From contig OZ252100.1 of the NCBI GenBank assembly GCA_965248435.1, positions 960,001-1,024,000 on the forward strand: 64,000 bases of DNA, in the 5' to 3' direction. Shown in pieces: positions 57,414 to 64,000 of the stretch. Source of the DNA: Candidatus Latescibacterota bacterium. Its GTDB lineage: Bacteria > Latescibacterota > UBA2968 > GCA-2709665. A program made the translations under genes and the position numbers. The stretch's first letter is position 1. The number at the start of each line of letters is the position of its first letter. The notes beneath the pieces were generated by a model that saw only the letters and a list, made by a program, of their open reading frames with translations, did not search any database and had not been told where the DNA came from.

Positions 57414-57643
57414 AGGCGAGACCTAAATTTCATGGTGATTCTCACGAAACGAATCAAACTCAGGCCGAAATCCCTCACAGAATCAGGCAATCTGTCAGGA
57501 ACACGAAGATCGTTCTCGTCTAAGACGATATCTGGTTGCGATGCTGGGAGAACTGCCCTGATCCTCGAGAAAATGTCTCTGTTACTCAGTCCCTCTATAG
57601 AGAGCCTCACTTGCCCGGAAAAGAAATAGAACCTTACGATCAC
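57410..57643 (-). CDS. Hypothetical protein
   Basis: Fills the operon gap; ATGA overlap with the next gene. Confidence 0.5.
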   Translation of the reverse strand: MIVRFYFFSGQVRLSIEGLSNRDIFSRIRAVLPASQPDIVLDENDLRVPDRLPDSVRDFGLSLIRFVRITMKFRSRL

Positions 57644-57664
57644 TCTTCTGTCAGCGCCTTTAGA

Positions 57665-58213
57665 TCAACCTAATCTGAGTAGCTTCATAACCGTATCGAA
57701 TAGTGCCTTCCGGGATTCCTGCGACGCGGCAACTAGCTCCTTGTGGAAGGCCGCAAGATCCCTTAGAGATTCGTTGTTGTTGACGTAATGAATAGAATCT
57801 CCTTCGATTTCAAACCGAGAGTATGCAACCAGCTGCACATTGGCGCCTCCAAGGATATCTTGCATCTTTGAGAAAGTGTCCTTGGGATCGTACAAACCTA
57901 AGGCCATCTCTATATCCTTCACTATCTTCTGCTGCGTCTTAACGGCGGATTTCAGGCTCTTTATCTTGCTCTTCCTATCGGCCTTCTCAGTCTCATCATC
58001 GGGATCCTGGAGAGGAGTCGCAATTGTCGTGACGAGATCTCCCCTGAGACGATCCAGTTCTTGTGTCTGTGCGTCCACTTTATCCTGATCCGCTTGTGGT
58101 AGGGGTTGTTTGGCGAGACTTACTGGTACTTCTCCAACATTCGTCAAGGTCGCGACCTCAAGGCTAACAAGGTCTTCTGCCACGTCCTTCAGATAGTCGA
58201 GCACTCCGGGCAT
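57665..58213 (-). CDS. Hypothetical coiled-coil protein
   Basis: Start MPGV after AAAGGTGG; shares motifs with 58249-58488. Confidence 0.75.
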   Translation of the reverse strand: MPGVLDYLKDVAEDLVSLEVATLTNVGEVPVSLAKQPLPQADQDKVDAQTQELDRLRGDLVTTIATPLQDPDDETEKADRKSKIKSLKSAVKTQQKIVKDIEMALGLYDPKDTFSKMQDILGGANVQLVAYSRFEIEGDSIHYVNNNESLRDLAAFHKELVAASQESRKALFDTVMKLLRLG

Positions 58214-58248
58214 CTGGATTCCACCTTTCTTACAGATGTGTGGACGGC

Positions 58249-58488
58249 TTAGGTTAGTGAAGCTATCAGAGAAAGAACTGCAAGTTTGCACTTCTGAGCG
58301 GCAACGGTCTGTGACAGGTGGAGCTTCAGAACTGATGACAACTCACTATCGGGTAAAGTTGGCAACCAGCTCAACGAATCCGCCTCGATCTCAGTTTTCG
58401 TGTAGGCGAGGACGGCCTGATCAACGGCTACAGCAGTTTCCGTTGATGTCAAGTCAGATACGAGAGCATTAAGCTGTTCCATGAGCAT
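58249..58488 (-). CDS. Hypothetical protein, short paralogue of 57665-58213
   Basis: Shared DL.S.E.A / AY...EIE.DS / H...V.A.Q pattern. Confidence 0.65.
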   Translation of the reverse strand: MLMEQLNALVSDLTSTETAVAVDQAVLAYTKTEIEADSLSWLPTLPDSELSSVLKLHLSQTVAAQKCKLAVLSLIASLT

Positions 58489-58512
58489 AGAAGATCTCCC
58501 AGGGTGGGTTAG

Positions 58513-58692
58513 TTAGAACGAGCGAATCACGACGCTGACACGTATTGCGTGGTGCTGGAGGGGGAGGCAGCGGTCCCCCAGCTGGGTGTAGTAAGGCCTC
58601 GAAATTCCCATCCTCTCAGCCAAGTCTTGGGCCCTTAACCCTCGCTTTTCCCTACATTTCCGGATCCTACTCCTGATTTGGCTCAGAATCAT
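58513..58692 (-). pseudogene. Truncated XRE-family HTH regulator
   Basis: RIRKCREKRGLRAQDLAERMGISRPYYTQL, then loses the HTH_3 pattern (expected E.G). Confidence 0.65.
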
Positions 58693-58742
58693 AAATTCAC
58701 CCCCATTTCTCAGTATGGATGATTTACTTGCGAACTCTACTG

Positions 58743-58763
58743 AATGTAACACATTGCTACATT
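58743..58763. promoter_or_regulatory. Dyad (possible operator) upstream of the XRE gene
   Basis: AATGTAAC-N5-GCTACATT. Confidence 0.4.
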
Positions 58764-59052
58764 AGTCAAGAGAAATCAACGGGGCAGCCCGAATGCGAGC
58801 CGGCCCATCAATGTGGCCTGAAACAAGAACCCTAATTAGGAGATAGTGAAATGAGCACCGTATCTATTGAAGCTCTTCACCGTGCCAGTCGATGCCGCCA
58901 CAAAGGCTGAAGCATATTATCGCGAAATCTGGGCGAACTGGCTGGATGGCCCGCTCCAGCTTGTCGTGGCCCATTTGGAATTGTCCTATTTCAGGTTGCT
59001 AAGCAGCTGCATCCTCTTCCTCACATTCGGCACAATTGGCTTAACCCATCTA

Positions 59053-60468
59053 TCACAAATTGAGGAAATAGGAAAGGACTGTGAATTGCGACAGTCTCAG
59101 ATGTCCGTCTTCTTCGACCCACTGATTCTCGGAGAAATCTTGAACATAAATCCAAATTCTCTTCTTCCTCGTGAGCCGATCAATCACTCCGAAGGCGAGG
59201 CGTCTTGCTCCCTCAGCGAATTCGTTACGTATCCTATTCGCCGTGCCCCCGTCCAAAACGTCATCCCATAGGTTGTGTAGATCCACGTCCGCATCAAACC
59301 TGGCCCATGCCGCGGTATACTCAATACGACCATTGATGGCGCCCAACAAGAATGTTACGGTAAGGAGCATGTTCTCCATATTACCATGACGCGCTCCGCC
59401 GCTAAGACCCCCACCGGAACATATCGGTTCAAACTCTGGGCCGTTTTCCTCAAAGAGGAACTGCGCGACCATATACCGTTCGCCTGAAAGCGAGAACCTT
59501 GGATGCGTGCCTCGATTCTCGTCCAATGAGGCGCTCGTCTCCTCTTCTACCGGGTCGATTGAATTAACGTCGAGAATCCCAGTTTTTCTAAAATTAGGCA
59601 CATTGTCAGGACATCTAGGATCGTCAGAATTGTCTCCACATCTTGGGTCGTCTGCTCCATAGCAACGTGGGTTGTATTGGGCTGTAAAATTGCCACGATT
59701 TCCAAGTGTCTCGGTCCAGCTATTGTCCTCACCATGGCTAATGTGAATCTTTATGCTTTCAAACACCCGGCGCATTCCCGCCACAGGACTGCCGTCGTAT
59801 ATTGTCAGGGGTTCATCCCACCAAGTGGGCGGGAGAGTAACTGTCTCTATGGGGACCGGACTTGGGTAGCAGATCTTAACGGTGTGAAGTTTCTCATCCT
59901 CCTCGCTAGTTCTTGGACGCATATCTGTAACCACGACTTTCCACCAACCCTTTGGATCTGATTCAGTGAGGCTGTGGGAAAGCTCTGCCAAACCAAGGGA
60001 ACGATCGAGTTCTGCGTCAAAAGCCCTGCTGGCAACGCGGCTCATACCTCCGTTCCCGTCAGGCCTGAACAACTGGATCCTTCGTGGGGTCTGCTCCTCG
60101 CGACTAAGAGCTCCTGTTGATCCAAGCTCTACCAGAGTCGTCGCAGCCCGGGATTCGATGGAGACAATACCACAAGTGGCTACGGGAAATCTGACCTCCA
60201 TGGACCCTCCTTCGCTGAGGTCCGCACTTCCATTCAGACAGGATCGCACCCATCTTCGACCGTCGCAGGTGAGCATATCGCTTGTTGAATCCGGGTGTCG
60301 GATCAACACCAGTGACACTTCGCCGGTCAAATGCCCTTCCTCAGCACCCAGCTGGTCGTCCTTTCTGTTGAAAAATGCCTCCTGTTTCGGAGACTGACAT
60401 CCCACTAAAGCCGCAACAACGACAAATGGGATGCCTTTTCCAATTACCAACAGACATATTCTATTCAT
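59053..60468 (-). CDS. Hypothetical lipoprotein
   Basis: Hydrophobic leader ending in a LVGC lipobox; long ORF. Confidence 0.65.
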   Translation of the reverse strand: MNRICLLVIGKGIPFVVVAALVGCQSPKQEAFFNRKDDQLGAEEGHLTGEVSLVLIRHPDSTSDMLTCDGRRWVRSCLNGSADLSEGGSMEVRFPVATCGIVSIESRAATTLVELGSTGALSREEQTPRRIQLFRPDGNGGMSRVASRAFDAELDRSLGLAELSHSLTESDPKGWWKVVVTDMRPRTSEEDEKLHTVKICYPSPVPIETVTLPPTWWDEPLTIYDGSPVAGMRRVFESIKIHISHGEDNSWTETLGNRGNFTAQYNPRCYGADDPRCGDNSDDPRCPDNVPNFRKTGILDVNSIDPVEEETSASLDENRGTHPRFSLSGERYMVAQFLFEENGPEFEPICSGGGLSGGARHGNMENMLLTVTFLLGAINGRIEYTAAWARFDADVDLHNLWDDVLDGGTANRIRNEFAEGARRLAFGVIDRLTRKKRIWIYVQDFSENQWVEEDGHLRLSQFTVLSYFLNL

Positions 60469-60499
60469 GAGGCTATCTCTTTTTTGATGGAGCGAGCAC

Positions 60500-60560
60500 A
60501 TCTAACGGACCGGGCACTGGCACACCGCGCTGGCGGGTAGCGCTGGGGCCCGGGTGCCCG
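60500..60560 (-). repeat. Possible degenerate attC (R'' end missing)
   Basis: ATCTAACGGAC-CGGGCAC...GTGCCCG, 30 nt upstream of the lipoprotein ATG. Confidence 0.4.
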
Positions 60561-60662
60561 CCGACTCAGTGCTTCGCTCACTACTTGCCAGATTTTCTCC
60601 AAAATCGGTTCTTTACTGAGTGAGGCGCCAAAACCGACCGGCCTGCTTATGTATTCTGAAAC

Positions 60663-60841
60663 AAAAAACCCAGAAGGCAATCCCGTGATCCGGAACGCAT
60701 CTGGGTTCACTAAAAGCCCTACATAGGCGGCGATCCCTCCCGACAAACTTACACGTTTCCGCTACCACAGAATCCCGACTTTATATCAGGATTCCGGACG
60801 CCGCCGAGTTCAATTTGCAACTGTTTCCCCAGTCTTGTCAA
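60663..60841 (-). ncRNA. Promoter + structured leader + terminator motif, copy 2
   Basis: Conserved with 55084-55307, with stem-preserving changes. Confidence 0.65.
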
Positions 60842-61433
60842 GTTTTTTTTAAAAGATGCGATCTTCATCAGAAAAAACTAATTCATCCACTACGAGCCAT
60901 TAAAGGCCATCCAGTGATTCGATTAACCATAGCCCATTACTTATGAAGCACAACTCTAAAAATGTTCATAAAACTGCACTTTGTCTTAGAATGTGCACAA
61001 AGAAAGGCGCAGATTGCTTAAAGCCAGCGTCTTAAGAATGAGGAACTACTAGGAGAGTGTATGTTATTGCTTGGGAATCTCTAGGCGCCCCCGGAGAATG
61101 AAGGAACATATGTAACAATTTCTGAAGCAGCTATTCATAGAGACCTAGAGCGCATAGATCATGGATTGAAGAAGAATGTTTGACCTATTGAAGAAACTAT
61201 TCAGCACATAGTGGGAATAAGAATCTCAACCAGCATATTGGAGAACGCAGAGCTTTCTAGTGTGGTCTCTATCCACCGAGAAAACCCTTGCATTTTGTGT
61301 CGCACACCGCGAATTTCTAACAAGAAAAATCTCCAATCCATCTAGTCCCTGATTCCTTAACCTTTGCCAATACAATCTGTACTATTATCCCCGCTTGGGA
61401 CACAGCCAAGGGAATCAACTAGTGAGGAATGCG

Positions 61434-62807
61434 ATGTCTATGATTCAAGGTATTCTCAGTAAGGTTGGCAGTCTTTTTGGATTTAGAAAGCACGGTGACC
61501 GAACTTACTCGGCATCCGACGTGAAGAGAATCACACAAGACGTCTCCAACCTGAAGAAAAGATTGCTTGTAGGGCAAGCGAGGCAGGATCTACTTCGCTT
61601 GATGCAGATGGCCGACGAGGTAGAGGATCAAGCTGAAACCAAACTCAAAGCTCTTGAACAAAGGATTGATGAACTCCTTGCCTCTCTGAATGAAATATCT
61701 CAGGTCTATGGAGTAAGAGATGCAATCCACAGGGTCCTCTTTGATACGATCCGAAAGGTCCAGGTGGCTGGAATCGTGATGACCTTCTTCTTCGGTATCG
61801 TTGGAATGATACTCGCATTCCCGAATCTCAAAACCCTCTTCCAGAAGCCCTATCCAGGAATTGTCCCAAACTATCCTCAAGAACTCCGTCTCCAGAACTT
61901 GAGACGAGACCTTTCTGAAGGACTCTACGGAGATGTAATATCGAACGCGGGCTACATTGTCCGGGAAACTGATGAGGGCAGAATTAAGGGTCACGCCCTC
62001 TTTCATAGGGCAGTTGCGAGGATACTCCGGGAAGATACTGACCGTGAGAATCTGATGAATGAGATCGCAAAAATCGGATCAGAGGACGAATCCTTAGCAG
62101 CTTACAGACCTTTTCTCTATGCTGTTCTTCACCTAAAGCAATCTGAGCCAGACAAAGCGATGAACCTCCTAGCAGATGTTTTGAACAACCAGGATTACAA
62201 AGAGTACTGGTTTGACGCCAACTTCTACTACTTCCAGGCGCTTATGGATCAGGTTGATGTCTCAGCACCGGACAGTCAAATGATCCACAGGCTTGATGTA
62301 TATTTGAACCGGATCACCAAGAGTCCACCAAGGAAGGAAATTCTCAACCTGCTTGACGGAAAGCAGTACCAAGCAACCGAACTTGCCACAATGACTTCTC
62401 AATCCCTGAAGAATCTCGGACAACAAATCGATATTGAGCACCAAAACCTGCTCCTCGCCACTAGGCTCGGTGACGTGAAAGTGGCTATTCGATATAATCT
62501 GTTTAAATACCGGGGCAAGGCAACCGCCAATGTCATGGTTAAGCGGAGAGCAACCGCAATGCGTGAGCAACTCAAAGATTACTTCCCTGAGGTCTCGGTC
62601 AGCCTGGGCTCCATCACTAAGCAGGAGTTTGTAAAGCGGGGCTACGATTCCGATTACTACTACTGCTCCGATGGGTTAGGGGAGTATTTCTGGCGAGAGA
62701 AACTCAGCAATAGTGTTGATATTGATAGCTTCAGCAGGAATCAATTGCTCAGAAAGAGATACGGCAGCTACAACGTCGTCCTCATTTTGGCTAGAGAAGA
62801 GGGTTAA
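61434..62807 (+). CDS. Hypothetical membrane protein (N-terminal coiled coil, one TM, TPR-like helices)
   Basis: Long ORF; hydrophobic VAGIVMTFFFGIVGMILAF segment; the only large plus-strand gene. Confidence 0.7.
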   Translation: MSMIQGILSKVGSLFGFRKHGDRTYSASDVKRITQDVSNLKKRLLVGQARQDLLRLMQMADEVEDQAETKLKALEQRIDELLASLNEISQVYGVRDAIHRVLFDTIRKVQVAGIVMTFFFGIVGMILAFPNLKTLFQKPYPGIVPNYPQELRLQNLRRDLSEGLYGDVISNAGYIVRETDEGRIKGHALFHRAVARILREDTDRENLMNEIAKIGSEDESLAAYRPFLYAVLHLKQSEPDKAMNLLADVLNNQDYKEYWFDANFYYFQALMDQVDVSAPDSQMIHRLDVYLNRITKSPPRKEILNLLDGKQYQATELATMTSQSLKNLGQQIDIEHQNLLLATRLGDVKVAIRYNLFKYRGKATANVMVKRRATAMREQLKDYFPEVSVSLGSITKQEFVKRGYDSDYYYCSDGLGEYFWREKLSNSVDIDSFSRNQLLRKRYGSYNVVLILAREEG

Positions 62808-63018
62808 ATGATACGCCCGGTGCCTGCAACTTCATCCGTGTCATCTCATGTTCTATGGCCTCTCCACTCGGGCTCTCCCTTCAAATCTACCGTATACCCC
62901 ACCTCTTTTCAGTGCCCCCAGATAGATTCACTCTTGTTTTCACTGCACCCATGACCCCCTTGCTCTACCTCCCATTCAGCCCTACCCAGCCGCCCATCCC
63001 CTTTCTGCTACCCTTAAA

Positions 63019-63216
63019 CCATCAACTCTTTCCCCATTGAAAAGCCCCAGGGATCATCTCATATCCCCAGGGCTCTCCATCTATGTGGCCTATTCTTAGG
63101 CTAGGCTTCACATCTAGAACACGTAAGGTTCCCCTACGTATTTTGCCATTCTTCCTACAACTTCAGCCACCCTACATTACTAAGAACGTTCTCTTCCCCT
63201 GTTCTCTCTGTTACCT
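63019..63216 (+). repeat. ~200-bp diverged direct repeat, copy B
   Basis: Colinear with 50681-50879. Confidence 0.8.
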
Positions 63217-63359
63217 GCTTCTTAGCCGTCTCAGTAAGTGCCCCTTTCTTGATCCCTAGTTTTCTTCTTGTTTTCTCATTTGAGCTAGAACTCGGTCGAC
63301 TCGCCTCCGTCTGTTAGTTGGGGTTGTTCGTGGGCGGGCGTAGACGGCTGCTCTCATCC

Positions 63360-64000
63360 TCAATCCAGGAAACCACTCTCTACAGCATAGGCACGGCCAG
63401 ACTTAGTCAGTTTGTAGATAGCACCGTGCTCAGGCGTAACAATAGTCGCACTCACGTAATCCATATCCCGAAGTTGGTCGAGCAAGTATCGACACTTCTC
63501 TTCGTGTCTGATTCTACAAGCATTCTGAATGGCACGCAGGGAGTAGAAACTAAACGCATATTCTACGTCCATCCCCGTTGGCTTTGGCAAGTCATCCCCG
63601 ACCGTCGCCAGGTACTCGACTATTTCATCATGCTCGAAAGACGGCTCAAGATCTTCCTCATCCAGCTCATCCTCGCCCCCGTCCTCCGCGTCATCCCTAA
63701 CTCCTTGCTCAGAATCGTCCTGACCACTCTCAAGTTCCGGACTCGGGTTCGCTGTCTCCTCGATGGACTCAGGTGTTTGGGAAGAAGGTGGTCCTTGAAT
63801 AATCGTTGCGTCTCCAGCCACCTGAATGTTGCCCTTACCGCTCTGGGACTGAGATGAGTCCATCTGAGAAATGCTCTGCTGAGAGTCGCTCTCTTTCTTC
63901 CAAGGTGGCCAGAACCATTTAACTGCCCCGCCGATAAGACCAAGAGCAGCAAGAATCACGGCCAAGAGCGATATCCATTCCTTTGGCGTCAGGTCGTACA
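63360..64000 (-). CDS. Hypothetical membrane-anchored protein with an acidic linker and possible C-terminal winged helix (start at or beyond the right edge)
   Basis: Frame open to the window edge; N-terminal TM; C-terminal Y.LT.SGR.YA pattern. Confidence 0.6.
   Translation of the reverse strand, partial: YDLTPKEWISLLAVILAALGLIGGAVKWFWPPWKKESDSQQSISQMDSSQSQSGKGNIQVAGDATIIQGPPSSQTPESIEETANPSPELESGQDDSEQGVRDDAEDGGEDELDEEDLEPSFEHDEIVEYLATVGDDLPKPTGMDVEYAFSFYSLRAIQNACRIRHEEKCRYLLDQLRDMDYVSATIVTPEHGAIYKLTKSGRAYAVESGFLD

Noticed and set aside
46800-64000. Integron integrase intI / canonical attI at the array head
   Set aside because: No ORF with tyrosine-recombinase R-H-R-Y motifs in the track; the only recombinase has the serine YARVST motif. 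An intI elsewhere in the genome is not excluded.

Overview
Bases 1-46.8 kb hold 56 co-oriented minus-strand genes, mostly small-molecule-modifying enzymes: 11 SAM methyltransferases, 9 GNATs, 4 APH/kinase-like, 4 HIT, 3 HAD, 2 nucleotidyltransferases, an RPH-like protein, a serine hydrolase and others. From 0.2 to 32.7 kb they are punctuated by a family of integron attC-type palindromes (plus strand TAACGTTC...CGTGTTA). No IntI tyrosine integrase is visible in the window, so this is CALIN-like. Many attC sites are chimeric, collapsed or split in half, with genes or a ~150-bp non-coding element lying between the halves. That element resembles DNA just upstream of a serine recombinase gene (48.75-49.71 kb). 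The promoter-proximal 20 genes (32.7-46.8 kb) have no attC and are headed by a sigma70-like promoter and a structured leader with terminator/antiterminator logic. The region 50-64 kb is a mosaic accessory region: a dCache membrane protein, a frameshifted PHP hydrolase, an unknown paralogue/PG-binding operon, gene fragments, two copies of an unrecognised promoter-leader RNA-terminator motif, and ~200-bp direct repeats. All alignments and folds were done by eye; no database search was possible.
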